Source: an uncultured Methanosarcinales archaeon (GTDB taxonomy: Archaea; Nanobdellota; Nanobdellia; Woesearchaeales; CAYVYK01). From it: DNA of 64,000 nt. The notes under the pieces were generated by a model. The model ran no database searches, was not told where the DNA came from, and was given only the letters and a program-made list of their open reading frames with translations. Made by a program: the position numbers and the translations under genes. Positions 9,926 to 19,753 of the stretch are shown here, piece by piece (the stretch's first letter is position 1; every line of letters starts with the position of its first letter). Where the stretch lies: the NCBI GenBank assembly GCA_964455675.1, contig CAYVYK010000010.1:1-64000 (forward strand), written 5' to 3'.

Positions 9926-11476
9926 TTACTCCTTCGTCTCCGTTTCCCGCGCTAGGTTTCGCACTTGCACCTTGATGTTCTCAAGGATCGCTTCCTGGTG
10001 CGCGCCGACGAATCTGATCGTTCCAGCTACTTCATGTCCGCCGCCATCGACGTTCGCTTCGGGTATTTGCGCCTTGAGCGTTTCGATGATCTTTGCGACG
10101 GGTAGCACGGGTTTCGTTGCCCTGATGATGATCATGTCGGACAAGAGCCCTAGCGTGATGATCGGCTGGTCTTCCCGTCCATCCTTGATGATATCATGGA
10201 TGTTGCCGATCAGTTTTCCAGGCGTTGGGAACTGGAACCGGAGTGTGTATTTCTCAAGGTCGATGTATGACAGTGTGATGTTTCCGATCGTGAACGTGCG
10301 CAGATATGGTAGTGTTGACTGCAGCTGTAGTTCGGTGCTTTCTTTCACTTTCTCATTGATGAGGCTCGTGAATTCCGGTACTGAGAATATTTTCTCGTAG
10401 GTTTTGCGTCCGCTGTCAAACTTCAGGTGGTATGCGAGGAAGTCGATCGCGATCACGAGATGCATGAGTTCCTCCCTGCTCTTGCCTGAGCGTTTCAGAT
10501 ATTCGTCGCCCTCGGGTGTGTTCACCCTATCGCCGATGACGCTGACGGCAGGATAGATCAGATTCTCAAAGTTCTCATGGATCATTCGTGCGATCTCGTA
10601 GCATTCAAGTCCCGCGGCGATGGTGCCATCAAGGCCCTCCATGTAGGGATTCACATGGTCGAGCAAGTACGGGCACACGCTTGTTTTCTTTCCGTGCATC
10701 ACGACAGGATTGTGATGGTCGATGACGATGACGTCATACCCGAGCGATTTCGCTGTGCGTAACGCGAAGATGTCTTCCGGTGTTGATCCGTTGTCAAGCA
10801 CGAGCACGAGTGGTTTCCTGCCAAATGGTGCAAGCACTCGTTCGGACAGGCTAACGTCCCGTAGGAAGTCCGCGAATTCGTAGAACGGCGCGCGTGATGG
10901 GCTTCGGTAGAGATAGTGCTCGCTCTCAAGCCCGATCTCTTGCATGAGCATTTCGCAGCTTTTCTCGATGCTCATTCCTGCCATGATGCCGTCTGCATCA
11001 GCGTGGTGTCTGATGATGATTGCCTGATGGTTTAGGATTGCTTTTCGGATTTTGTGCGCGATGCGGATGAAGTAAGGCCGGAGCTTCTCATAGGATGCTG
11101 ACCGAACTGAGAGTTCCGTGCGCACTGGGTGCGATAGCTTTTCGATATGCGCATCAAAATCATGTGTGGATGCCTTCATATCCCTTGCTTCAATCTGCAG
11201 TCGTCCAGAATATTCCGTGACCGCTCCCTGGATTTCCACAATGTCTCCGACGTTAAATGTCGTGCGGGATATCGTTGCGTCCATGGAGTACATCCCGTCC
11301 GTTACCGTAAGGATGGTCTTTGCTGCCTGGAATTTTCGTGTTATTTTCACGGGGCCTGCAAAGTAGTCCCCGACTTTTAAGCTCTCAAGTGAGTGCTTGG
11401 TTTCCTGCTCGCGGTTTGGATCGCTGCTGTCCATAAGCCTGCGGCTAGGTTTGTTGAATTTGTTGTATGTATTCAT
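9926..11476 (-). CDS. RecJ-like DHH/DHHA1 nuclease with N-terminal OB fold
   Basis: RHHADADG, LDNGS, IDHH, GGGHEVAG. Confidence 0.85.
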   Translation of the reverse strand: MNTYNKFNKPSRRLMDSSDPNREQETKHSLESLKVGDYFAGPVKITRKFQAAKTILTVTDGMYSMDATISRTTFNVGDIVEIQGAVTEYSGRLQIEARDMKASTHDFDAHIEKLSHPVRTELSVRSASYEKLRPYFIRIAHKIRKAILNHQAIIIRHHADADGIMAGMSIEKSCEMLMQEIGLESEHYLYRSPSRAPFYEFADFLRDVSLSERVLAPFGRKPLVLVLDNGSTPEDIFALRTAKSLGYDVIVIDHHNPVVMHGKKTSVCPYLLDHVNPYMEGLDGTIAAGLECYEIARMIHENFENLIYPAVSVIGDRVNTPEGDEYLKRSGKSREELMHLVIAIDFLAYHLKFDSGRKTYEKIFSVPEFTSLINEKVKESTELQLQSTLPYLRTFTIGNITLSYIDLEKYTLRFQFPTPGKLIGNIHDIIKDGREDQPIITLGLLSDMIIIRATKPVLPVAKIIETLKAQIPEANVDGGGHEVAGTIRFVGAHQEAILENIKVQVRNLARETETKE

Positions 11477-11650
11477 GTTAATACCTCTGAAAAAGAACTA
11501 TTGTCGCCAGCGAGTGCTGGTCAATGTAAACGTCTTTTTCTCTCGTATGAGAATAATGGAGTGAACTCCCCTTTATAAATCTATCGTTTAACAGCGACGG
11601 TGAGTAGCCAGACGGTGCCACAGACGGAGTTGGAGGGGCAGTTGATAGTA

Positions 11651-11765
11651 CCCTTTGTAGAATTGTTTCCCTGCGAGCGCGCAGTTCTGCCCAAAAAGAT
11701 AGTAATTGCCCTGTCCATCGATCGTGAAAGGGAGGGGACAGGGCGTGCCGAAGGCTCGTAATAAG
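11651..11765 (+). repeat. Dispersed structured element, copy C (core hairpin 11708-11744)
   Basis: CCCTTTGTAGAATTG...GCCCTGTCC-N19-GGACAGGGC-GTGCCGAAGGCTCGTAATAA. Confidence 0.85.
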
Positions 11766-11805
11766 AAGTATGGGTAAAGATGGTCCGCGGCTACAAGTGA
11801 ATGAT

Positions 11806-12696
11806 TCACATCTGTTCGAGTCTTGCAATCCTATCCGCGATCGGCGGGTGCGTCGAGAATAAATTCATAACAATACCGGTCTTATTCCGGAAGGGTGTTG
11901 AGATGAACAGGTGCGCAGTCGCCTTGTTCGCGTTGTCGACAAGGGGATCGGGATCCTTGGATATTTTCTTTAGGGCGCTCGCAAGGCCCGGCGGATACCG
12001 TGTTAGTATCGCGGCGTTCGCGTCAGCCGCATATTCTCGTTTCCTGCTGATCGCAAGCTTGATCATTTCTCCAATGATGGGCGCAAGGATCGCAAGGACT
12101 AGTCCAACGATGATGAGGATTGCTCCCGCACGTCCGCGGTCATCTCCCTTCTTCCCGTAGAGGAATGACCGCAGCATGAAGTCAGAGAGCAGTGTCACGA
12201 TGCCGACGAGCACGGCCGCAAGCAGCATGACTCGTATATCAAAATTCTTGATGTGGCTCATTTCGTGCGCGACGACTCCTTCAAGTTCCTGCCGGTTCAT
12301 CTTCTCAAGGAGACCTGTCGTAACGGTGATCGACGCGTTTTTCGGGTCCCGTCCTGTCGCAAAAGCATTCATCGCGCTGTCGTTGATGACGTATGCCTTG
12401 GGGGTTGGGATTCCCGCCGCAATCGCAAGACCTTCCACGGTATGGTACAGGTGTGGATACTCTCGTTTCGTTACCGGTCGCGCGCCGGTCATCGAGAGCA
12501 CCATTTGGTCTCCTGAATAATACGCGATGAATGTGTAGATGACTCCGACGACCATCGCAAGGATGATACCAAAGTACAAGCTGCCATAAACGAATCCGAT
12601 CAGCGCTCCAAGTACTCCAATGATGATAAGAAAAACAAGGATGAGGCCCCAGCTTTTCAGCTTATTATTCCGGACCTCATCAAACATTACTCGCAT
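11806..12696 (-). CDS. htpX: M48 zinc metalloprotease HtpX
   Basis: NAFATG, AHEMSH, SRKREYAADA, FSTHPP. Confidence 0.95.
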   Translation of the reverse strand: MRVMFDEVRNNKLKSWGLILVFLIIIGVLGALIGFVYGSLYFGIILAMVVGVIYTFIAYYSGDQMVLSMTGARPVTKREYPHLYHTVEGLAIAAGIPTPKAYVINDSAMNAFATGRDPKNASITVTTGLLEKMNRQELEGVVAHEMSHIKNFDIRVMLLAAVLVGIVTLLSDFMLRSFLYGKKGDDRGRAGAILIIVGLVLAILAPIIGEMIKLAISRKREYAADANAAILTRYPPGLASALKKISKDPDPLVDNANKATAHLFISTPFRNKTGIVMNLFSTHPPIADRIARLEQM

Positions 12697-12704
12697 GCTC
12701 GCAC

Positions 12705-13259
12705 CTAGAAGCTGACTTTCACGTTCTTCTTTTCTTCAGCGGTTGCTTCGAACATGTCTTTTTTCGTGAAGCTGAGCTGTTTTGCGATCATGTTGTTCGG
12801 GAACGTTTGGATCTTCGTGTTGAACAGCATGACCATGTCGTTATAGTGCTGTCGCGCGTACGAGATCTTGTTCTCGGTTCCTGTAAGTTCTTCCTGCAGC
12901 TGCATGAAGTTCTCGTTCGCCTTGAGCGTCGGATAGTTTTCGCTTACCGCAAACAGGCTCTTGAGCGTTTCAGACATCATGTTTGACGCTTTCGCCTTCG
13001 CTTGGAATGTGTCTGCCTTGAGGAATGCCGTTCGGGCTTTCGTCACATTCTCAAACACGGTTCTTTCATGCTTCATGTACCCCTTGACCGTCTCGATGAG
13101 GTTAGGGATAAGGTCTGCGCGCCGCTTGAGCTGCACGTCGATCTGCGCCCACGAATTCTCGATCTGGTTCTTGAGGCGGATCAGACTGTTGTACAAAAAG
13201 ATGATCGCTAGGATGATGACTGCAATGACTCCCAGCACAATCCATAGGACTAATGACAT
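12705..13259 (-). CDS. lemA: LemA family protein
   Basis: [27 protein letters not shown]. Confidence 0.95.
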   Translation of the reverse strand: MSLVLWIVLGVIAVIILAIIFLYNSLIRLKNQIENSWAQIDVQLKRRADLIPNLIETVKGYMKHERTVFENVTKARTAFLKADTFQAKAKASNMMSETLKSLFAVSENYPTLKANENFMQLQEELTGTENKISYARQHYNDMVMLFNTKIQTFPNNMIAKQLSFTKKDMFEATAEEKKNVKVSF

Positions 13260-13373
13260 AGTGGTTCACCCCCTTGGTGTTATATACAGCCTTGCGCCCT
13301 CTATTTAAAAATCTTGTTGATTTGGAATGCTCCAAACGCTAGTATTTAATACTTGAAAACTTGGGTTTTGTGC

Positions 13374-14075
13374 ATGAAGCTGCCAGAGTCCTTCGCAAAG
13401 TATCCCTCTGCGTGGGTCCTCATCGTTTCGAACCTTGTTCCTCTGCTTGGGATGTTGTTTCTCGGCTGGGATGTTCGCAGCATCGTGATATTATATTGGG
13501 CGGAGAGTGGCGTCGTAGGATTCTACACGATCTTGAAGATGGTTTTTGCGCAAGGTGAGAGTGTTCCTGTTGATAAAGTGTTACAAGCATTGCGACATGG
13601 ACCAAAAGAGTACAAGGAAGTGAATATCAGGCTCGTTTCGGGATTTCTGAGATCTTTTTCACCGAGCATCATGAAGGTTCCATTGATCCCCTTTTTTATG
13701 TTCCATTATGGAATGTTCATGGCCGTGCATGGTGTGTTCCTGTTTGTGCTGTTGTTTGGGACAGCATCTCCCGGCATCTCTCCCGAGTATTTGTCCCTCA
13801 TTCTCGGAGTGATTGCGTTCTTCGTAAGTCACGGCTACTCCTTCATGCAGAATTACATGCGTGGCGGTGAGTATCGCACGTCAACCCTGCAGAGTGTGAT
13901 GTTCAGCCCCTATCCTCGCATTATTGTGATGCACATCACGATCATCATCGGGGCATTCTTCTTTCTTGCAACGAACCTGCCGGGAGTGTTCCTCGTGCTT
14001 CTTGTCGCAATGAAGACACTAATTGACGTTGTTGCGCATCTTCGGGAGCGCGATAAGCATGTATCACCTGCATAG
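13374..14075 (+). CDS. DUF6498-like membrane protein
   Basis: YWAES, FFMFHYGMF, PYPRIIVMH. Confidence 0.8.
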   Translation: MKLPESFAKYPSAWVLIVSNLVPLLGMLFLGWDVRSIVILYWAESGVVGFYTILKMVFAQGESVPVDKVLQALRHGPKEYKEVNIRLVSGFLRSFSPSIMKVPLIPFFMFHYGMFMAVHGVFLFVLLFGTASPGISPEYLSLILGVIAFFVSHGYSFMQNYMRGGEYRTSTLQSVMFSPYPRIIVMHITIIIGAFFFLATNLPGVFLVLLVAMKTLIDVVAHLRERDKHVSPA

Positions 14076-14124
14076 TACAGTTTTATCCGTAAACTTTTTA
14101 TGCAAAAAGCGCCAGGTTCGTCGT

Positions 14125-15330
14125 ATGGACAAGTTCCGTATCGCTATTGTCTGTGACGCTATCAATAATTTTACTGCTGGATCGTTTGTTTCAGCTCTGA
14201 GATTTTCAGAGCTCCTGCACAAGCGGGGGCATAAAGTGATTATTATTTCTTCTAGATATCCGGGTAATCCGAAAATTGACAATTACAAGGGTATCAAGAT
14301 GTATCGTCTCCGTTCCTTCCCTGTCCCAAACACAAAGAAGCGGCTGTTTTTCGCATACCCGAGCGTGCTCGGGGTAAAAAGAATCCTGATGAATGAGGGG
14401 ATAGAGATCGTGCACTTCATGGTACCGACCCCATTAGCCATCTCATCGATCGCTGCCGCAAAGAGTCTGAAATTGAAGATTGTCGGCCATTCGCATACCC
14501 AGCCCGATAATTGGACGACGTATATTCCTAGCGGCCTGCACAGTGTCAAGGATGGTCTCATGAGCCTTTCATACAAATATATCATCAAGGTGTATCAGCA
14601 AGCAGATGTGCTCGTCTGCCCATCAGAGTTTTCGCAAAGGATCTTAAGATCAAAGGGGTTCAAGAAAAAGACTGTTGTCATTAGCAATGGTGTTGACACA
14701 AATAGGTTTAGAGCAAGGAATGCGGATAAAATGATGAAGCGTTTGGGTTTATCCCAATCGTCAAAAAAACTCTTGTTTGTCGGACGATTAGATCCTGAGA
14801 AGAATATTGAGACACTGATACGAGCGGTTCCTCTCATACAGAAAAGGGTGCAGAATGTTGAGGTATGTATTGTTGGGGATGGGTACAAGCGCGATCACTT
14901 GCAAAAGCTTGCAAGCGCTGTTGGCGTGAGTGGTACGGTCCGGTTTCTTGGGAGAGTATCTGACGAGGATCTTGTCGGGATGTATAATATCTGTCATGTT
15001 TTTGTGCATCCCTCGCTTGTTGAACTTGAGGGGATGGTCGTTCTGGAAGCGATATCATGCGGCAAGCCCTTGCTCATTGCGCGCTCCAGGGACAGTGCAT
15101 CGCGATTCATTGTGAAGAAGAATGGGCTGTTGTTTAATCCGCAAAGCCCAAAGGACCTTGCGTCAAAGGCGATTCTCCTCTTGAAAAATGATAAGCTCAG
15201 GGGGCGTATGGCAAAGGAAAGCCTGCGCATGCGTCAAGAGTATGACATCCAAAGCAGCATGAGAACACTGGAGGACGTATACGCGCGCGTTCTTGGAAGT
15301 TCTGAAAAAAGTGGGGCCGCGAGGATTTGA
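14125..15330 (+). CDS. GT4 family glycosyltransferase
   Basis: HSHTQP, NGVD, FVGRLDPEKN, ELEGMVVLEA. Confidence 0.9.
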   Translation: MDKFRIAIVCDAINNFTAGSFVSALRFSELLHKRGHKVIIISSRYPGNPKIDNYKGIKMYRLRSFPVPNTKKRLFFAYPSVLGVKRILMNEGIEIVHFMVPTPLAISSIAAAKSLKLKIVGHSHTQPDNWTTYIPSGLHSVKDGLMSLSYKYIIKVYQQADVLVCPSEFSQRILRSKGFKKKTVVISNGVDTNRFRARNADKMMKRLGLSQSSKKLLFVGRLDPEKNIETLIRAVPLIQKRVQNVEVCIVGDGYKRDHLQKLASAVGVSGTVRFLGRVSDEDLVGMYNICHVFVHPSLVELEGMVVLEAISCGKPLLIARSRDSASRFIVKKNGLLFNPQSPKDLASKAILLLKNDKLRGRMAKESLRMRQEYDIQSSMRTLEDVYARVLGSSEKSGAARI

Positions 15331-15407
15331 ACCCCGGTTGCTACCATTTTGTACGGAATTCAACCCAAACCCCAAGGTAGAGTGATACCAAGCTACACTA
15401 CGGCCCC
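15312..15407 (-). tRNA. tRNA-Pro(GGG) with 23-nt intron at 37/38 (intron 15347-15369)
   Basis: GGGGCCG/CGGCCCC acceptor stem; CTACC-TT-GGG-G[intron]T-GGTAG anticodon arm; GTTCAAATC T-loop. Confidence 0.9.
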
Positions 15408-15469
15408 GTTGCCATTAGTACTCCCTGCCTTGTTTAAAAACGTTGCGCATACTCGATGTCCTAAATTCC

Positions 15470-16171
15470 CTATGACAGTCTTTGAACAACACCCAGTACT
15501 TGGTCGAGAGAAAATATTTCCGCATGCGGCCGAGTCTGTTCCAAAGTGAGGATTTTGTTCTTCCGATTCAGCCACACTGCAGTGAGTCCTGCGGTCATGC
15601 TTCCCACCATGTCGCGCTCGTAGGAGTCTCCCACAGATAAAATTGTGGAAGGATCATATCCTGATTGCTGTGCTGCGTACGTGTAGAGTTCTCCGGTTTT
15701 CTTGATGAGTCCGACTTCTCCTGAGATGAATGCCGCTCGAAAATAGCGTCGCAGTCCGAGGATGTCAAGCGCGCGCTGCTGCGCGTCCATTGGTCCTTCC
15801 GTCACAATATAGAGTGGGAACGGCAGACGCGCGAGCACTGCTTCTGCTCCTGGATATGGCCGCATGTGCGACTCAAGTGTTGTCCCATACAGGTTCAGAA
15901 GCTCACCAACGAGTATATCGTTTCTGACGCCGTACGCTTCAAGCAGCTGTGCAAATCCTTCCGTGCGGTACTCCGTGCTCGTCTTTCCCGCCCCAAATCC
16001 TGTGCGCACGCGCCGTTCGAGTACTCCCTGGAACGTGTCGCGAAGGGACTGCTCGGAGATACAGTATTCTCGTCCGATCCGGTCATAGACCTGCCGCATC
16101 GCCGCTTCCTGCGCGCTCGAAAAGTCATGCAGGGTATCATCCAGGTCAAAAAACACGGCAGCGACAGTCAT
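15470..16171 (-). CDS. HAD-superfamily IA hydrolase
   Basis: FFDLDDTL, VGDSYERD. Confidence 0.9.
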   Translation of the reverse strand: MTVAAVFFDLDDTLHDFSSAQEAAMRQVYDRIGREYCISEQSLRDTFQGVLERRVRTGFGAGKTSTEYRTEGFAQLLEAYGVRNDILVGELLNLYGTTLESHMRPYPGAEAVLARLPFPLYIVTEGPMDAQQRALDILGLRRYFRAAFISGEVGLIKKTGELYTYAAQQSGYDPSTILSVGDSYERDMVGSMTAGLTAVWLNRKNKILTLEQTRPHAEIFSLDQVLGVVQRLS

Positions 16172-16278
16172 ATGGTGAGGTATAGAGGTGTAATATTAAT
16201 ATCAAAGGATGATTTGATACTACTATCTAAGGGCTACAAATAGCAAACGTTTTAAAGGCAGTAGTACTCCCAAAATGT

Positions 16279-17454
16279 ATGACAAAACCTCTTGAGCAGA
16301 TTGTGCTGGACGACCCCATACGTCTTCCTCCAAATCCATTTACCGAGGCGCTCGTGACGTTTGGCCGTGATGAGATCTTGTCCGGTGTGGGAAATGTTGG
16401 AGGGGCTGCCCTGTGCTCTCTCTGGCTTAGGGGGAATAATGATGCGCTGCTTGCGGCTTCCGGCCTCACGATTGAGAAGGTGGGTTTGTTCGGATGGTAC
16501 TTTTACGACGCGTGGAAGCACTTTTGGCGCGGGGAGAAGAAGAATTGGCGAGAAGGTTGGCAATACTTGAAAGCCGCAGTGCGTGAGGGTATGCCTTCCC
16601 TGATAAAGGATATTACGATCCATGATCCGATGGATTACGCGTGCATGTATTTTGGTTTGCAGGCATTCCCCGATACTCCTACCGCGATGATTTCTCTGAC
16701 AAGTTTTACGGCTTCAGTCATCGCCGCATCGCTTGCCGATGTTGGTGTTAACGAACTGAGGTATCGTCGGTACAAAGACAGATTCCAGAAGGCAGGATTT
16801 GGGAAGGAAGAGTATGTTGAGTCAAGGTTCTTGATTGACGCGTCTCGTGATCCTCATGCAGTACAGGACGCCATCAGAAAACAGTTTCATCTTGATGATA
16901 CTGGCGTATGGGAGTATCATGATACGTACGTCGAGAACACGATTCCGCGCTTTAACGCAAGGACTCCGCAGATTCGTCTTCGGCACCGTCATTCATTGGA
17001 AGGCGGCGACGAGATACGGACCGCGCAGGTCGTGTTCACGAAAGCTCGCGAGACAATCCCGAGGAAATACCGATACTTTCGGGAGAACGATCAATTCCGA
17101 TACTTTGTGTGCATGAAGGATAAATTGTATCTGCTTCTTGATGATCCAATGCCAAAGAGCGTGGGGGACATTCCAGCACCTGATGCAAGGAAAGTATTGC
17201 AGTCCTATTGCGGGAATTCCAGCCCATCGAGACAAGTGCAGTTTTCTCGCAGATATACTCGGAATGATGACCTGCTCGTGACGGTCGATAATGTGTTTGG
17301 AGACCGCTCGTTCTATGTTCTTGAGATGAAAGTCAGGAAGAATGTTCCTCTTCTCCGCGATGCGATGCGCTATGTCATGAGGAATTTTGCCCCGCTCGAG
17401 ACGACGAGGAATAAGCTTGAACTGACTGCAGATTCAAATAGTACTCCCATGTAA
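16279..17454 (+). CDS. Hypothetical membrane protein, possible CYTH-like C-terminal domain
   Basis: Hydrophobic N-half; C-half with ESRF, DTY, RLR, VTVD, LEMK pattern. Confidence 0.55.
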   Translation: MTKPLEQIVLDDPIRLPPNPFTEALVTFGRDEILSGVGNVGGAALCSLWLRGNNDALLAASGLTIEKVGLFGWYFYDAWKHFWRGEKKNWREGWQYLKAAVREGMPSLIKDITIHDPMDYACMYFGLQAFPDTPTAMISLTSFTASVIAASLADVGVNELRYRRYKDRFQKAGFGKEEYVESRFLIDASRDPHAVQDAIRKQFHLDDTGVWEYHDTYVENTIPRFNARTPQIRLRHRHSLEGGDEIRTAQVVFTKARETIPRKYRYFRENDQFRYFVCMKDKLYLLLDDPMPKSVGDIPAPDARKVLQSYCGNSSPSRQVQFSRRYTRNDDLLVTVDNVFGDRSFYVLEMKVRKNVPLLRDAMRYVMRNFAPLETTRNKLELTADSNSTPM

Positions 17455-17473
17455 GAATAGTGCATCCGAGAGT

Positions 17474-18079
17474 TTATTCCTTTTGCTTCACGTGCCTAGG
17501 CACGAATTGCTTCTGCACGCGAGAATAGAGTGGTGGTATGATCGATGCCACATAGACCGCAAGGAAGAGCGAGATGGTCTTGTCGATGAGTTCGACGGTC
17601 ATGTGCTCGAGGAATGCCGCAACGTCGGTTCCCCCGATCATCGTAAGGAAGAATTCGTTGATGAAGATGGTTGGCTGGTAGTTTGCTAGGCTTTGGAACA
17701 CGGTTGCGCTGATGAGGAATGTGATGAGTCCGTTCGTGAAGCCGAGGAGTAGTCCGCCGAGAAGAATACGCAATGGGTGTTTTCGCGATAGAAAACCATG
17801 GTGGATGAGGAATGCGCTTGCAAGCGTGATCCACACACTGCTAAACACCCAGACCCATCCGCTCCATCCCCAGCTTGTTCCTGCCATGATGAGGTTGTAC
17901 GCGATGCTTCCGGCTAGTCCCACCGGTATCCCTCCAAGGATTACTCCAAGCATCGTTCCCCAAGTGTCAAGAAAGAGCGGAAATCCTGTCATTGCGACTA
18001 TTCGGATGGATGCGAGGTTGATCGCAAGTGCAAGGATGATAAGCAAGGTGTAGTGTGTGATCTTGTTCATGGGTTTCAC
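17474..18079 (-). CDS. ECF transporter S-component-like membrane protein
   Basis: PLFLDTWGT, ELIDK motifs, several TM segments. Confidence 0.75.
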   Translation of the reverse strand: MKPMNKITHYTLLIILALAINLASIRIVAMTGFPLFLDTWGTMLGVILGGIPVGLAGSIAYNLIMAGTSWGWSGWVWVFSSVWITLASAFLIHHGFLSRKHPLRILLGGLLLGFTNGLITFLISATVFQSLANYQPTIFINEFFLTMIGGTDVAAFLEHMTVELIDKTISLFLAVYVASIIPPLYSRVQKQFVPRHVKQKE

Positions 18080-18080
18080 C

Positions 18081-19073
18081 TCATAGCCGGAAGTTTTCGA
18101 TGAATGTTTTGATGATCTTGAATTTCGCTAGGTATGTCTTTCCTTTGGAGGAGAGCGTGTATGTGGATCCCTCCGCTTCCACGTATCCATCCTCTATGAG
18201 TTCTTTCATGATGTCCATGCAGACCTTATCGGATAGTCCGCATGTGCGCCGGAAGCGCTGATAGTCTGCGCCTCCCGTTTTTCTGAGGGCTTCAAGCACA
18301 TCGTAGATGGTTTGGATGTGTTCGCGCGGCCGTACATCGAGGAGTGAGTGGGCTAGCGTCTGAATCGCCTTGCTGAAGGGATCAAGGGGATTGGTGATGA
18401 CAAAGATCTGCTGGCTTTCGGCAAGCATGAGTTTTTCCGAGAATGGCAGATATCCCGCGATGCGGATTTTTGATTGTGAGACTTTCTTTGCGAGCGTTTT
18501 GGGATCCATTTGGGATGGTACTCTGTTGAAGACGATCTGCACGTCTCCGGCGAGCTTTTTCGCAAGGGCCGAAAACACAAGTCCCCCTTGGTAGTCCTGC
18601 GCGTCCGGCCGAAGAACGTTGATGAGAATGTCCGCTTTGCTTGCGGCAAGGAGCAGAGCATCGTTTATTCCAGGGTGAGTGTCCACGAAGATATGGTCTG
18701 GGCGGTATTTCTTTTCGAGGTCCTGCAGTCCACGCACAAGTCGTTCTATCGTCTGGCGTTTGGCGAGCACATCCGTGATATCTCCTTTCGCGATGCTTGC
18801 GGGAACAAAGAGCAGTGTTCCTTCCTCTGCGTGCGCAGCCTCAGAGATGTCATAGAGCGCTTCATCGATCTCGGATTCCCCAAGCAGGTAATCGGTGAGT
18901 GTGACATCAAAACTCTGGCTGCCAAAGCCAAATATTGCGTGGATTCCAGGACTTGTGATGTCGGCGTCCACAACAATCACTTTTTTCCCGAAGAGTGCGA
19001 GGTAGCTCGCAAGATTGCTGACGATCGTTGATTTTCCTGTCCCTCCACGGAAGGAGCTTGCGAGAATGATCAT
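18081..19073 (-). CDS. MinD/ParA-like ATPase fused to C-terminal winged helix
   Basis: SFRGGTGKS, VDAD, DTHPG; C-terminal '..ELIEDGYV...YTLSSKGKTYL'. Confidence 0.85.
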   Translation of the reverse strand: MIILASSFRGGTGKSTIVSNLASYLALFGKKVIVVDADITSPGIHAIFGFGSQSFDVTLTDYLLGESEIDEALYDISEAAHAEEGTLLFVPASIAKGDITDVLAKRQTIERLVRGLQDLEKKYRPDHIFVDTHPGINDALLLAASKADILINVLRPDAQDYQGGLVFSALAKKLAGDVQIVFNRVPSQMDPKTLAKKVSQSKIRIAGYLPFSEKLMLAESQQIFVITNPLDPFSKAIQTLAHSLLDVRPREHIQTIYDVLEALRKTGGADYQRFRRTCGLSDKVCMDIMKELIEDGYVEAEGSTYTLSSKGKTYLAKFKIIKTFIENFRL

Positions 19074-19747
19074 GCAAACCCTCGCGAGAACCTCATGACT
19101 TCATACAGCACGACGGCGAAGAGTACAAGCGAGAACCCGATTGTTGCAAGCCCCATGAACGGGATGAGTGTTTCAAGGAGTGTTCCTAGGAAGAATGCAA
19201 GGAAAACCACGAACACGAGGACGATACTGAAAAAATGCGGGCTCCGTGCTATTCCGGACTCTCGTGCCTCTTTGCAGTGCGAGCTCACGAGTGACAACAA
19301 TAGCGTATTGATGTGGATGACAAAGAGGATGTATGGGCCCCTTTCCGCCCCGATATTGATATAATAGAACTCAAAAGCGGCGATGATCGCAGATGCAGTG
19401 TGGATCATACTGATCCAGAATGCCGCAGGAAGTTTTTGTTCGAGCTGTTTCCAGACAAGGCTGTATGATGCATGAAACCCGGCGACGGATGCAGAGTAGA
19501 GAAATCCTATTCCAAGCAGTTGAACGGCCCATGGTATGTGCGTGGCTTGCATGAAGAGCACGGTAAGCCGAAATCCGAATGCTATTCCAAGAAACAGAAA
19601 TCCATTCGAGAAATACCTAAGTCCATGGTACTGCGTGAGCCCATACATCGCGTGAGTCCGTCGGTAAATGATTAGACTGAATATTACGATAAGTATGGTA
19701 ATGATGCTGTCTGCGATGAGTTGCCACGTCGCGGGTGTCAAAAACAT
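19070..19747 (-). CDS. Multi-pass (about 7 TM) membrane protein
   Basis: Hydrophobic 225-aa ORF coupled to its neighbours. Confidence 0.7.
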   Translation of the reverse strand: MFLTPATWQLIADSIITILIVIFSLIIYRRTHAMYGLTQYHGLRYFSNGFLFLGIAFGFRLTVLFMQATHIPWAVQLLGIGFLYSASVAGFHASYSLVWKQLEQKLPAAFWISMIHTASAIIAAFEFYYINIGAERGPYILFVIHINTLLLSLVSSHCKEARESGIARSPHFFSIVLVFVVFLAFFLGTLLETLIPFMGLATIGFSLVLFAVVLYEVMRFSRGFA

Positions 19748-19753
19748 CTCTTC

